Of a stretch of DNA of 64,000 nucleotides, positions 8,843-18,717 are shown piece after piece. The stretch lies in assembly GCA_963714375.1 (NCBI GenBank), contig CAVQOG010000006.1:287603-351602 (forward strand), in the 5' to 3' direction. The DNA comes from an uncultured Acidimicrobiia bacterium. Its GTDB lineage: Bacteria > Actinomycetota > Acidimicrobiia > Spongiisociales > UBA5794. Both the position numbers and the translations under genes were made by a program. The notes beneath the pieces are model-generated. The model did not search any database. It was not told the DNA's origin and worked only from the letters and a program-made list of their open reading frames with translations. Position 1 is the stretch's first letter. Each line of letters opens with the position of its first letter.

Positions 8843-8916
8843 TGGAGGCGACGGCGGGATTCGAACCCGCGTACAGGGTTTTGCAGACCCTTGCCTAGCC
8901 ACTCGGCCACGTCGCC
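8843..8916 (-). tRNA. tRNA-Cys (anticodon GCA)
   Basis: Reverse complement GGCGACGTGGCCGAGTGGCTAGGCAAGGGTCTGCAAAACCCTGTACGCGGGTTCGAATCCCGCCGTCGCCTCCA. Anticodon loop CTGCAAA; CCA is encoded. Confidence 0.9.
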
Positions 8917-8956
8917 GAATAAGAAAAGCGGCCACAGCGGACCGCCCTCCTCTCGG

Positions 8957-9030
8957 AGCGGACGACCGGGATCGAACCGGCGACCTCAACCTTGGCAAGG
9001 TTGCGCTCTACCAGCTGAGCTACGTCCGCG
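8957..9030 (-). tRNA. tRNA-Gly (anticodon GCC)
   Basis: Reverse complement GCGGACGTAGCTCAGCTGGTAGAGCGCAACCTTGCCAAGGTTGAGGTCGCCGGTTCGATCCCGGTCGTCCGCT. Anticodon loop TTGCCAA. Confidence 0.9.
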
Positions 9031-9061
9031 CTGGCGTGATGGTATCACGGGGAGGTTCTTT

Positions 9062-9499
9062 CTACGGTTGAGCGACGCCGGTGGATCCGAAGCCCCCAGT
9101 GCCCCGATCTGTGTCATCAAGCCTCTCAACCTCGACGAATTCTGGTGACTCGATCCGCATCACAACCAGTTGCGCGATGCGGTCGCCAACGTCAATCACA
9201 AACACGGCATCCGAGTGATTGATGAGTCCAACCCTGAGCTCGCCCCGGTACCCCGAATCGATGAGTCCGGGAGCATTCGCAACCGTGATCCCGTGTTTGA
9301 TCGCCAAACCCGACCGGGGAAGGACGAAGCCCGCAAAGCCCCGCGGGATCGCCATCGACAAACCGGTTCCAACGAGGACGGTCTCTCCTGGCCCAATGGT
9401 GTGGCCCTCTGCCGCTGAAAGGTCAGCACCGGCATCCCCGAGATGGGCGGCGACAAGCATGGGAATCCGTTGATGTGAGCGAGCGACAGGTATCTTCAT
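9062..9499 (-). CDS. dut: dUTP diphosphatase
   Basis: Conserved Dut motifs (PRSGL, GLIDSGYRGEL, DRIAQLV, DRGTGGFGSTG). The start is placed at MKIPVARS; the longer ORF-track N-terminus is low-complexity. Confidence 0.9.
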   Translation of the reverse strand: MKIPVARSHQRIPMLVAAHLGDAGADLSAAEGHTIGPGETVLVGTGLSMAIPRGFAGFVLPRSGLAIKHGITVANAPGLIDSGYRGELRVGLINHSDAVFVIDVGDRIAQLVVMRIESPEFVEVERLDDTDRGTGGFGSTGVAQP

Positions 9500-9525
9500 G
9501 GGCGGATTCTCCCACGGAGCGCGCA

Positions 9526-10896
9526 CACATGACGACCAAGTTCCCAGACGACCACGACGAAGGCGATGGCTCGTGGTTCTTGGAGGCAGTCGGCGCAACT
9601 CCACCTACGCCAACGGCAGCCGACGCAATGGCCGAGCTCACGAAAGAGAACGAGGTGATTCCACCTCCGGACCCGGACGACACACAGGAACCTGAAGCGG
9701 CACAGACTCCAACCGTTGCCTCTGCTGCGAGGGTCAACGCTGATGCTGCCTCGGAAAACACTGCCTCAGAAAACACTGCCTCGGAAAACACTGCCTCAGA
9801 GAGCAATGTCTCGGAAGACTCTGTCTCGAAGGACGCAGCGACCATTGCCATGCGCACGACCCAGATCACGACATCATCATTCGATGGTGATCCCGGGACG
9901 ACAAACGCCACCTACGACCGCTCCCGTCGGCCACCCAGCAGTCCAACAACAACACGCCCGATGCCTCCGCCGCCGCCTCCCCCAATTCTGGCACCAGCAG
10001 CCACCATTGCTGCCCCTCCCCCGGCTGCGGCGGTTGAACCACCACCTGTCGACGCAACCCTCGCTCGACCGCTCCAAACCAAACGATCGTTTCGCTGGCC
10101 GATCGTGGTGGTCCTCGTCCTCTTGATCGCTGTCGTCGCTATTGCCGCTCTCTGGCTGCCGCAGGCGACTGAGTCAGAAGCGCTCAAGGTTCGCCAGTCG
10201 TACTACGACGCCAGCTCGGCGGTCCGCAACCACTTGCCTCCGACCCAAACGGCACTCGATGCGATCACCACAGTCGATTCATCCCCCGAGTCACTCTCGG
10301 CAGCAATTCCGATCATCGCAACGCTTGACAGCTTGGCATTCGATATGGAGGCCACCGCTGCAGAGCCTCTGCCCAGCGTGCTCCCCCTCGTTCCCAAGGG
10401 TGCGATCGACGAACTCAAGCCACTCCAACAACAAACAGCCATCCTCGGCGTCGAGGGAACCCAGATGGCATCACGCCTCGGAAATGGCTACATCTATCGC
10501 ACGACCATCCCGGGTCTCATGGACACCGGGAATCTTCCGACATCGGCTTCAACCGAAACGATCAACACGATCAGTGTGACCCTCGCAACCTCACTCTCGA
10601 CGGATGCGGCAGCGGTGGCAGGGCTCCCGGATGACGCCACCTTCAATGACGTGCGGGAGGAAGCCTTGACCAGCCACGCGCGCTACACGGATTGGCAGTC
10701 CGAATACCTCTCGGCGCTCACGTCAGAGAACACGGAGCTCGCACTCACCTTGGTCACGGAACTCGATGAAATGCGAATCAATCTGAACGCCGCCAACGCC
10801 ACTGCACTCGGAGAATTCAGGACAGAAGTGGACGTCTGGATCGTCACGTACGCCGGCCAACTCGAGGCGCACATGGCGGAACTCACTCAGAGCTGA
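9526..10896 (+). CDS. hypothetical proline-rich single-pass membrane protein with TASEN tandem repeats
   Basis: Pro/Ala-rich N-terminal region, one TM helix (WPIVVVLVLLIAVVAIAALWL) and a roughly 250-aa C-terminal domain of unknown function. Divergent from dut. Confidence 0.55.
   Translation, partial: HMTTKFPDDHDEGDGSWFLEAVGATPPTPTAADAMAELTKENEVIPPPDPDDTQEPEAAQTPTVASAARVNADAASENTASENTASENTASESNVSEDSVSKDAATIAMRTTQITTSSFDGDPGTTNATYDRSRRPPSSPTTTRPMPPPPPPPILAPAATIAAPPPAAAVEPPPVDATLARPLQTKRSFRWPIVVVLVLLIAVVAIAALWLPQATESEALKVRQSYYDASSAVRNHLPPTQTALDAITTVDSSPESLSAAIPIIATLDSLAFDMEATAAEPLPSVLPLVPKGAIDELKPLQQQTAILGVEGTQMASRLGNGYIYRTTIPGLMDTGNLPTSASTETINTISVTLATSLSTDAAAVAGLPDDATFNDVREEALTSHARYTDWQSEYLSALTSENTELALTLVTELDEMRINLNAANATALGEFRTEVDVWIVTYAGQLEAHMAELTQS
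9746..9835 (+). repeat. in-frame 15-bp tandem repeat (ctgcctcRgaaaaca), four good and two degenerate copies, encoding (TASEN)n
   Basis: Direct reading of 9746-9835. Confidence 0.8.
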
Positions 10897-11341
10897 TCGA
10901 TTCCCCCTCGAGGGAGGCAGCCTCACGTTCAAAGTCGCTCGCATCCTGAAACTCTTTGTACACGGAGGCGAACCTCAGATACGCGACGTCGTCAATGTCG
11001 CGAAGCCCCTCGAGCACAATCTGGCCGATCTCGTCTGCGTCGATATGACCCGGTGAGGTGAAGGCAGCACGTTCGACCGTCGTCACAAGGTCATCGACAG
11101 CATCTTGGGGCACGGGACGGTCGGCAAGGGTTATCTCAACACCCTTACGAATCTTGGTGGCATCAAATGCCTGCCGACGCCCGTCACGCTTGATCACGAT
11201 GACCGCGGTGGCACGCTCGAATGTCGTGAATCGATGCCCACATTGGGGACACGCACGCCGCCGACGAGTCGCAGTGCCCTCTTCGGCTTGTCGCGAGTCC
11301 ACAACCCGGGTGTCGTTCGTTGTGCACAGTGGACATCGCAT
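10883..11341 (-). CDS. nrdR: transcriptional repressor NrdR
   Basis: N-terminal zinc ribbon (CPLC...CPQC) followed by an ATP-cone. Located in the conserved lexA/LysM/nrdR neighbourhood. Confidence 0.93.
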   Translation of the reverse strand: MRCPLCTTNDTRVVDSRQAEEGTATRRRRACPQCGHRFTTFERATAVIVIKRDGRRQAFDATKIRKGVEITLADRPVPQDAVDDLVTTVERAAFTSPGHIDADEIGQIVLEGLRDIDDVAYLRFASVYKEFQDASDFEREAASLEGESISSE

Positions 11342-11394
11342 GGAATCATCGTACCGCTCGATCGGAGAACCGAACCGGGGTGACAGATGTACGC

Positions 11395-11709
11395 CTATGA
11401 CTCGATGCTTGGGATTTCGATGACCTGGCCGATCTGGAGTGAGCCGGCATCTATTTCGTTAATGCGCTCGATCACCGCCACAACCTCTCTGCGATCGCGA
11501 TCGGGAGGGCCGTAGTCCTCAGCGATCTGCCAGAGTGTGTCCCCTCCTTTGACCCGGTACGAAACGGTCTCGCCCGCTTCGAGGGAAGCCTGACTTGCCG
11601 AGGACAGGAGGAGAAGCACCACAACGATCGTGATGGAGATGATGGAGAGCGCCCGAATACGTGCGCTTGCGATTGTCGTCATACTTCTCTCTCCTGCTAC
11701 CTCGTGCAT
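11395..11709 (-). CDS. LysM domain protein (membrane-anchored)
   Basis: TM helix then a C-terminal LysM motif (YRVKGGDTLWQIAEDYG...EIDAGSLQIGQVIEIP). Divergent from lexA as in mycobacteria. The start may be the internal MTTIAS at 11682. Confidence 0.75.
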   Translation of the reverse strand: MHEVAGERSMTTIASARIRALSIISITIVVVLLLLSSASQASLEAGETVSYRVKGGDTLWQIAEDYGPPDRDRREVVAVIERINEIDAGSLQIGQVIEIPSIES

Positions 11710-11861
11710 CCGGGTCGTTGAGGAGTACCTCGGTCACCCAGCTCGGAGCCGAAGCTCCTACGATCCAAGGTACGGATCGGGTGTGACACTTTTCGGTGCT
11801 TTGGGCGCCGCACCGGCGGTGCCCTCGTTTCTACGGCCCTTCAGCCGAGGAAACCACCCGA

Positions 11862-11877
11862 CCGAACGCCTGTTCGA
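11862..11877. promoter_or_regulatory. LexA (SOS) box 1: CCGAAC-GCCT-GTTCGA
   Basis: Matches the actinobacterial SOS box TCGAAC-N4-GTTCGA. It lies in the lexA / LysM divergent intergenic region. Confidence 0.65.
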
Positions 11878-11894
11878 TCGCAGACAACAAGGTA

Positions 11895-11910
11895 TCGAAC
11901 GTCTGTTCGA
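11895..11910. promoter_or_regulatory. LexA (SOS) box 2: TCGAAC-GTCT-GTTCGA (perfect)
   Basis: Perfect palindromic half-sites. Confidence 0.8.
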
Positions 11911-11942
11911 TTGTCAAGGATATGTTCTTCTCAGCCGGGTGA

Positions 11943-11958
11943 TCGAACATATGTTTGG
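11943..11958. promoter_or_regulatory. LexA (SOS) box 3: TCGAAC-ATAT-GTTTGG
   Basis: Left half-site perfect, right half-site 4/6. It lies immediately upstream of the probable lexA GTG start at 12006. Confidence 0.55.
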
Positions 11959-12005
11959 TCGAAACGCAATCTCGTAGTAGTCTCGTCTTGACGAACGGAG
12001 GATTT

Positions 12006-12638
12006 GTGACCGATCCCAGCACACTGACAGCACGACAGCGAGAGATCCTGGAACTCATCAGCTCGACGGTGGCGAGCCGTGGCTATCCCCCATCGGTGCG
12101 CGAGATCGGTGATGCGGTCGGTCTCAGCTCCCCATCGACCGTACACAGTCATCTCTCGACGCTTTCCAACCAGGGGTTCATCCGACGCGATCCCTCCAAG
12201 CCGCGAGCCATCGAGGTCATCCAACCCGACGGGGCGATCCCCATTTCACGGGCAGCGGTGCGTGACGTTCCCCTCGTCGGCTCGATCGCTGCAGGATCAC
12301 CGATCCTCGCTGAGGAAGACATCGAAGAGGTCTATCCACTTCCGACAGAGCTCGTCGGACAAGAGCCCGTGTTCATGTTGACGATCCGCGGGGATTCGAT
12401 GATCGGAGCCGGCATACTCGATAGGGACTATGTCGTCGTCCAGAAGCAGGCGACTGCCCGCAAGGGACAGATCGTCGCTGCACTCGTCGATGGCGAAGAG
12501 GCCACCGTCAAGCGCTATGAGCGCACGGATATCGGGATCGTGCTTCATCCTGAAAATGATGCCTACGAGCCCATGGTGTTCACGGACGGTGTCGAGATTC
12601 TCGGTGTTGTTGTCGCCGTGCTCCGCAGGGTTGACTGA
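12006..12638 (+). CDS. lexA: LexA repressor
   Basis: Winged-HTH N-domain and S24 peptidase C-domain. Cleavage site and Ser/Lys dyad context present (VGSIAAG...GDSM...KQATARKGQIV...VKRY). The ORF track starts at 11955, but SOS box 3 overlaps that position, so the in-frame GTG at 12006 is preferred. Confidence 0.9.
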   Translation: MTDPSTLTARQREILELISSTVASRGYPPSVREIGDAVGLSSPSTVHSHLSTLSNQGFIRRDPSKPRAIEVIQPDGAIPISRAAVRDVPLVGSIAAGSPILAEEDIEEVYPLPTELVGQEPVFMLTIRGDSMIGAGILDRDYVVVQKQATARKGQIVAALVDGEEATVKRYERTDIGIVLHPENDAYEPMVFTDGVEILGVVVAVLRRVD

Positions 12639-12653
12639 CAACTCGTTAGTCAA
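12626..12653. terminator. imperfect hairpin between convergent lexA and dapF stops
   Basis: gttgactga-N-ttagtcaac inverted repeat spanning both stop codons. Confidence 0.3.
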
Positions 12654-13401
12654 CGACTCCCGAGAACACCACCTCCGCGGCGCCCTCCATCCAAGCGCCG
12701 TCGTCATCAAACGAAATTGAGAGCGTCCCTCCCCTGAGATGTACCGTCACGGGCTGTTCCACACCATGGACTGCATGGGCCATGTACGCCGAGGCGGTCG
12801 CACCCGTCCCTGATGCAGGTGTTTCTCCAACACCGCGCTCCCAGATTCGAGCCTTGATTCCACCTTCTTCGAGCACCTCAACGAACTCGACGTTGGTCCT
12901 GTTTGGGAACAGCGCATCGTTTTCAATAAGCGGTCCGCTCTGGTCAACCGCCACAGCCTCGACATCGTCCACAAATACGATGGCATGCGGGTTTCCGATC
13001 GACAGGGGATGTATTTGTAGATCTGCGATCGAAAGTGTTTCTGTCCGATAGCCGATCGGAACACCCACAAAGGCTCGAACTGTCTCTGCCTTGACCGTGA
13101 CGGGATGATCCCCGACAACCGTTCGCACCGTGAAATCCGTGTCTGCGACCCAACCCCGATCGTAGGAGAGCCTTGCGACGCACCGGAGGCCGTTTCCACA
13201 CATCTCGGCTTCACCACCGTCAGCATTCCAGTACCGCATCGAGATCGTGGTCAGGTCGATCGGCTCGATCACCAGGACCCCGTCAGCTCCGATACCCGTC
13301 CTGCGATTGCACCACTTGACAACATCCGCTGAATGTGGCTCGTATGGCCCGTCGAACACGATGAAGTCGTTTCCGAGACCTTGCACCTTCACGAAGTCCA
13401 C
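12646..13401 (-). CDS. dapF: diaminopimelate epimerase
   Basis: Motifs FVKVQGLGNDFIV and MCGNGLRCVARL (catalytic Cys) are present. Confidence 0.9.
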   Translation of the reverse strand: MDFVKVQGLGNDFIVFDGPYEPHSADVVKWCNRRTGIGADGVLVIEPIDLTTISMRYWNADGGEAEMCGNGLRCVARLSYDRGWVADTDFTVRTVVGDHPVTVKAETVRAFVGVPIGYRTETLSIADLQIHPLSIGNPHAIVFVDDVEAVAVDQSGPLIENDALFPNRTNVEFVEVLEEGGIKARIWERGVGETPASGTGATASAYMAHAVHGVEQPVTVHLRGGTLSISFDDDGAWMEGAAEVVFSGVVD

Positions 13402-14300
13402 GATGTAGCCCTCTCGATGTGTTTGATGACGTCATCAATACGCTGCTGGTCGTCATCCTGCCACGCCATCCATGCAATGCGGGGATCTCTTCGGAAGAAC
13501 GTCCGTTGTCGCTTGATCAGGGCGCGGGTCGCGCCTTTGGCGTCGATGATGCCTTCCGCCAAGGGTATGTCCCCGTCCACCGCAGGCTGCAGTTCCTTGT
13601 AACCAACAGCCCCGGAGGCATTGCGACCGAGGCGACCCGCAAGCTGTTTGACCTCGCCAAGCAGCCCGGAATCCAGCATCGCATCAAAGCGAGTGTCGGC
13701 CCGTGCGTGCGCCTGTTCCCCGGAGTCGATGCCGATGCTGAGGTGAGCAATGAGGGGCTCATACGCACGAAATGCAGCCGATTCGGGCTTCGTGGCCCTG
13801 ACTGTGGGCCCTTCACCGGTGATTCGGATCACCTCCACTGCTCGAATCACCCTTCTCGGATTGTGCACGTCGACAATCGAGCCTGCCTCTGGATCGAGGA
13901 GCAACAATTCGGCGACCAGATCCTCCGTGGCCACTGCCTCGAGTTCTACGCGTAAGTCAACATCCGTTGGAGCGAACAACGCCGGATCAACAATCGCGCG
14001 GAAATGGAGACCTGATCCTCCAACAATCAGAGCTCGACCACCTCGGTCTCCGATACCCCTGATCGCCGCGCGGGCATCAGCCTGGAACATTGCAACGTCA
14101 TAGTCCTGCGATGGGTCCACCAGGTCGATCATGTGGTGCGGGACGCGTTCGCGAACTGTCATGCTCGGTTTTGCGGTGCCGATATCCATCCCGCGGTACA
14201 CCTGCATCGAGTCGACCGAGACAATCTCAGCGCCGAACCGCTCAGCGACCGCCTCCGCGATGATCGACTTCCCCGACCCCGTATGACCGACGATTGCTAC
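13389..14300 (-). CDS. miaA: tRNA dimethylallyltransferase
   Basis: QVYRGMDIGTAKP motif. The P-loop GHTGSGKS is encoded upstream of the ORF-track start (reverse strand near 14250-14275), so the gene extends to about 14300. No canonical start codon was found in frame, so the exact start is uncertain. Confidence 0.8.
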   Translation of the reverse strand, partial: VAIVGHTGSGKSIIAEAVAERFGAEIVSVDSMQVYRGMDIGTAKPSMTVRERVPHHMIDLVDPSQDYDVAMFQADARAAIRGIGDRGGRALIVGGSGLHFRAIVDPALFAPTDVDLRVELEAVATEDLVAELLLLDPEAGSIVDVHNPRRVIRAVEVIRITGEGPTVRATKPESAAFRAYEPLIAHLSIGIDSGEQAHARADTRFDAMLDSGLLGEVKQLAGRLGRNASGAVGYKELQPAVDGDIPLAEGIIDAKGATRALIKRQRTFFRRDPRIAWMAWQDDDQQRIDDVIKHIERATSWTS

Positions 14301-14305
14301 AACAC

Positions 14306-15736
14306 TCAGAGCAACACACCTTCAAGATGGTGGGCGGCGGCACGAACGACGCGAACATCAAGGAATGTGCCAGGCTGCCACGACCCTTCGAGATGCACAA
14401 TCCGATTCCCTCGTGTCCGGGTCGTTGCAAAGGCCGAATCCTTCTTTGACGGACCCTCCACCATCACGTTTGCTTCACGTCCGACCTGCAGCTGGTTGTT
14501 CTCAAACGTGATGGCATCCTGGAGGGTTGTCAGGCGATCAAAGCGCTCTTGGATGACTTCCGGATCGACGTGTCCATCCATATCCGCTGCGGGGGTTCCA
14601 GGTCGCGGCGAGAACTGGAACATGTAGGCATTGTCGAATCGTGCTCGACGCATGACATCGAGTGTCCTGTCGAAGTCCTCCTCTGTCTCACCTGGGAAAC
14701 CAACGATCACGTCTGTGGAGGCTGCGAGGTCGGGAACAATGCTCCGCATCATCTCGAGTTTCGCCAAGAAACGTTCGGCGGTGTACCCACGATGCATACG
14801 TGCAAGGATATGGTCACTTCCCGACTGCAGGGGAAAATGGATCTGTTCACAGACTGCTGGCGTCTCCGCCATGGCGAAGGCAACATCCTCGCGAAAGTCC
14901 TTCGGGTGTGGACTGATGTATCGGATTCGCTCGATCCCTGCCACCTCACCGACTCGCCGAAGGAGATCTGCAAAGAGGGGCTTGTGGCCGTTGAGGTCCA
15001 GATCACGCCCATATGAGTTGACGTTCTGCCCGAGCAGCGTGATCTCCTTGACTCGGGAGGCAGCAAGCCCCTCAATCTCTCGAATCACGTCTCCCGGTCT
15101 ACGGGATATCTCCGCTCCCCGGACGATCGGAACGATGCAGAAGGTGCACGAGTTGTTGCATCCGATTGTGATCGTGACCCACGCTGAGTGTTCCGACTCT
15201 CGATGGACCGGAAGACCACTCGGGATATCTTCGGCCCGCTTCGTCTCGTCCCAGATCTCGGTGACAGGGCCCCAATCCTCGGCGTGATCGAGCAGGTCAA
15301 CAACGCGGTGTACGTTGTGTGTGCCAAAGACGACATCAACCCAGCCCGCTCGCTCTTGAATGAGATCGCGCTCTTTTTGGGCCGAACAGCCTCCGACGGC
15401 TATTCGCAGGTTCGGGCGCTCCGTCTTTGCTCGCTTGAGCGAACCCAGATATCCATAGAGCTTGATGTCAGCGTTTTCCCGGATCGTGCACGTGTTCAAC
15501 ACGATCAGATCTGCGGTATCGACTGAATCTGCACGCACCATGCCATCGGCTTCGAGAAGGCCCGCTATGCGTTCTGAGTCGTGTTCATTCATTTGGCACC
15601 CGTAGGTGCGGATGAAGTAGGTCTGGCCCACCCGCGTGCGCGGACGAACCTCTTTGACACCCGGCATTCCAAGCATGACGGGTGCAGACATGGTTACCGC
15701 AGGCACGGCTACTTCAGACACAGTTCCTTCAGACAT
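14306..15736 (-). CDS. miaB: tRNA-i6A37 methylthiotransferase MiaB
   Basis: UPF0004 N-domain (YFIRTYGCQMNEHDS), radical-SAM CxxxCxxC (CNNSCTFC) and a TRAM C-terminus. Confidence 0.9.
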   Translation of the reverse strand: MSEGTVSEVAVPAVTMSAPVMLGMPGVKEVRPRTRVGQTYFIRTYGCQMNEHDSERIAGLLEADGMVRADSVDTADLIVLNTCTIRENADIKLYGYLGSLKRAKTERPNLRIAVGGCSAQKERDLIQERAGWVDVVFGTHNVHRVVDLLDHAEDWGPVTEIWDETKRAEDIPSGLPVHRESEHSAWVTITIGCNNSCTFCIVPIVRGAEISRRPGDVIREIEGLAASRVKEITLLGQNVNSYGRDLDLNGHKPLFADLLRRVGEVAGIERIRYISPHPKDFREDVAFAMAETPAVCEQIHFPLQSGSDHILARMHRGYTAERFLAKLEMMRSIVPDLAASTDVIVGFPGETEEDFDRTLDVMRRARFDNAYMFQFSPRPGTPAADMDGHVDPEVIQERFDRLTTLQDAITFENNQLQVGREANVMVEGPSKKDSAFATTRTRGNRIVHLEGSWQPGTFLDVRVVRAAAHHLEGVLL

Positions 15737-15771
15737 GACACTCCTGCGAGGCGACGACCAGACCGGCGTTC

Positions 15772-17298
15772 CTAGCGGGCGAAGCCCTTGGCCCGGTATT
15801 CGCGGATGACCGTGACCTCGATCTGACCCGGATACTGTAAGTCGTCCTCAAGCTTTTTCGCGATCGAACGTGCAAGATCCTGCGAACCAAGGTCGTCGAG
15901 GGATCCAGGATCGACCACGACCCGGACCTCACGTCCGGCCTGAAGTGCGTAGACCTTTTCCACACCATCGAATCCACGAGCGATCTCCTCGAGCCGCTCG
16001 AGCCGACGAACGTACGATTCGAGCGCCTCACGCCTTGCCCCCGGCCTCGCGGCACTCACGGCATCGGCGGCCTGGACAAGGATTGCCGTCAATGTTCTCG
16101 GCTCGACTTCGTTGTGGTGTGCCTCTATCGCGTGCACAACGCCTGCTTCCTCGCCAAAGCGGCGAGCGATCTCTGCCCCGATCAGCGCATGGGAACCGCC
16201 AACCTCGTGGCTCACTGCTTTGCCGATGTCGTGAAGGAAAGCAGCACGTTTGGCCTCGGTCTCGTCCACGCCCAGTTCTGCGGCAAGCATTCCAGCGATA
16301 TGCGCCGATTCAACCAGATGGTCGAGCACGTTCTGTCCGTAGCTCGTCCGATACCGAAGCCGTCCAATGAGGGTGGTCAGCTCAGGATGGAGCCGGTTGA
16401 GTCCCACCTCGAGCATCGCCCATTCACCGGCATCACGAATCGACTGTTCGACCTCATCGCGCGCCTTCTCGTACGCTTCCTCGATCGATGTCGGATGAAT
16501 CCGACCGTCCTCGACCAGCCGTTGGAGGGTTCGGCGGGCAACCTCACGTCTGACAGGATCGAACGTCGAGACACTCACTGATTCGGGAGTGTCGTCCACA
16601 ATGAGGTCCACACCCGTGACTGCCTCGAACGAACGGATGTTGCGCCCGTCCCTTCCAATGATGCGGCCCTTCATGTCGTCCGAAGGGATCGCAACCGCAG
16701 ATACGGTCGCCTCTGACACCACGTCTGAGGCCACTCGCTGGATCACGGTCGCAAGAATCCGCCGTGACCGCCTCTCAGCTTCCTCGCGGGCCTTCGCTTC
16801 CATGTCACGTACGAGCACCATCGCGTCTCGTCGTGCCTCGTCTTCGACCTTCTGGAGCAACTCTTCCTTCGCCGCCTTGCTGTCAAAGCCAGCAAGAGCC
16901 TCAAGCTCAAGTCGTGCATCCTCGGCCATCCGTGCCGCCTCAGCTGACACTTCCGTGGCCTCGCGCTCCTTTTCGATCGCCATTTCCTCACGTTGGGCCA
17001 GGTTCTTGGCTCTCTGTTCGAGCGTGACCTCTCGCTGAGTCACTCGTGTCTCGTGTGAGCCAATCTCAACCTTTCGGTGTTCGAGGGTGGCTTCTTCTCG
17101 ATCGCGGAAGGTGTCGGCCTTCGCGCGACCCTCCTCTTCGGCCCGCGCAAGAATGCGTTGTGCCTCAATTCGGGCGTCAGCGAGGATTTCTTCGGGGGCC
17201 TGTGGGATGCGGACGAGTTTTCGTCCAAGGTACAGACCCACGAGAAACACCCCAGCGATGATCGCCCCGGGAATCAGGAATCCTGTTATCGAATCCAT
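15772..17298 (-). CDS. rny: ribonuclease Y
   Basis: N-terminal TM helix, coiled-coil region, KH domain (GRIIGRDGRNIRSFEAVTGVDL) and HD domain (FLHDIGKA). Start placed at MDSITGF. Confidence 0.85.
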   Translation of the reverse strand: MDSITGFLIPGAIIAGVFLVGLYLGRKLVRIPQAPEEILADARIEAQRILARAEEEGRAKADTFRDREEATLEHRKVEIGSHETRVTQREVTLEQRAKNLAQREEMAIEKEREATEVSAEAARMAEDARLELEALAGFDSKAAKEELLQKVEDEARRDAMVLVRDMEAKAREEAERRSRRILATVIQRVASDVVSEATVSAVAIPSDDMKGRIIGRDGRNIRSFEAVTGVDLIVDDTPESVSVSTFDPVRREVARRTLQRLVEDGRIHPTSIEEAYEKARDEVEQSIRDAGEWAMLEVGLNRLHPELTTLIGRLRYRTSYGQNVLDHLVESAHIAGMLAAELGVDETEAKRAAFLHDIGKAVSHEVGGSHALIGAEIARRFGEEAGVVHAIEAHHNEVEPRTLTAILVQAADAVSAARPGARREALESYVRRLERLEEIARGFDGVEKVYALQAGREVRVVVDPGSLDDLGSQDLARSIAKKLEDDLQYPGQIEVTVIREYRAKGFAR

Positions 17299-17530
17299 GT
17301 CGTTCTCGCTCCTGGCGAGACACAAACGAAGTGGCAAATGACGGTGCCGAACCACGCAGGGCTCGGCACACACACGACATACGTTGGATGGGTCGGTTTA
17401 CCCGGTCATCACCATGTATCTCTGCTTGGTTCGGTCATGTCTCAGTTCGGTTTCAGTATTTGTGTGCGTGTTGTGACTCGATGCTACAACACGAAACGCC
17501 ATCTGGAAACGCGAAATGTGAGATTGTTTG

Positions 17531-18637
17531 CTAATCGCTCTCAGATTCCTCGGAACCATCACCATCAGCCGCACCGTCAGTTGCCCCGTCAACAACGGCT
17601 TCAGCCGATGCTTCGACGCCATCATCGATGACACCCACCGATCGCAAGACCTGATCCTGGAGCTGCATTGCTAGCTCAGGGTTCTGTCGGAGATAGTCCT
17701 TGGCCTTCTCCCGTCCCTGACCGAGCTGGTCTCCGTCGTAGGTGAACCAGGCTCCTGCCTTATGCACGATGCCTTCCTCAACCGCCACATCAAGGAGGCT
17801 TCCCTCTCGTGAAATCCCTTCACCAAACATGATGTCAAACTCAGCGAGACGGAACGGAGGCGCAACCTTGTTCTTGACGATCTTGGTCCGTACGCGGTTT
17901 CCGATGTTCTCTGTTCCGACCTTGATGGCCTCAATGCGGCGAATATCGATCCGCACACTTGCATAGAACTTGAGCGCGCGCCCACCGGGTGTCGTTTCCG
18001 GCGACCCGAACATGACACCGATCTTCTCTCGGAGCTGGTTGATGAAGATCGCAGTCGTGTGTGATCGGTTGATCGTTCCTGACAGCTTGCGAAGTGCCTG
18101 TGACATCAGGCGTGCCTGGAGACCGACATGGGTATCCCCCATGTCACCCTCGAGTTCTGCCCTCGGTACCAGCGCTGCAACGGAGTCGATCACAACGACA
18201 TCAAGCGCACCAGAGCGAATCAACATGTCCGCGATCTCGAGGGCCTGTTCTCCGGTATCGGGCTGCGATATCAAAAGCTCATCGATATCCACCCCGATCG
18301 CTTTCGCATAGATGGGGTCAAGCGCGTGCTCCGCGTCGATGAAGGCAGCATTGCCACCGTTGCGCTGAGCCTCGGCGATGACATGGAGTGCAAGGGTCGT
18401 CTTTCCCGACGACTCGGGCCCATAAATCTCAACCACGCGCCCACGGGGAAGACCACCGATACCCAGTGCAAGATCGAGTGACAGCGCACCCGTGGGGATG
18501 ATGTCCATCTTCGTGATCTCGTCGGTGCCGAGTCGCATGATGGCGCCCTTGCCGAACTGCCGCTCGATCTGAGACATTGCGATGTCGAGATTCTTTCCCT
18601 TTTCCGCCCGTTCTTTGTCTTCAGGTGATGTCGCCAT
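17531..18637 (-). CDS. recA: recombinase RecA
   Basis: Walker [10 protein letters not shown] and canonical RecA sequence throughout. No intein. No recX downstream. Confidence 0.95.
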   Translation of the reverse strand: MATSPEDKERAEKGKNLDIAMSQIERQFGKGAIMRLGTDEITKMDIIPTGALSLDLALGIGGLPRGRVVEIYGPESSGKTTLALHVIAEAQRNGGNAAFIDAEHALDPIYAKAIGVDIDELLISQPDTGEQALEIADMLIRSGALDVVVIDSVAALVPRAELEGDMGDTHVGLQARLMSQALRKLSGTINRSHTTAIFINQLREKIGVMFGSPETTPGGRALKFYASVRIDIRRIEAIKVGTENIGNRVRTKIVKNKVAPPFRLAEFDIMFGEGISREGSLLDVAVEEGIVHKAGAWFTYDGDQLGQGREKAKDYLRQNPELAMQLQDQVLRSVGVIDDGVEASAEAVVDGATDGAADGDGSEESESD

Positions 18638-18717
18638 GTGCGGTTCCTTTCATCAATGTCCCATCAACGTACTTGCCACGTATGACAGATTGTGAGTTGC
18701 TGTGGACGACACCCTAA

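Noticed and set aside
8764-8910. ORF-track N-terminal extension of the membrane protein (start at 8910)
   Set aside because: It would read through the tRNA-Cys gene (8843-8916). An internal Met (MADDVQ, 8763) gives a sensible start.
17374-17530. Possible recX or small ncRNA in the recA-rny spacer
   Set aside because: No ORF over 40 aa in any frame and no recognisable structured-RNA signature. Reported only as the absence of recX.
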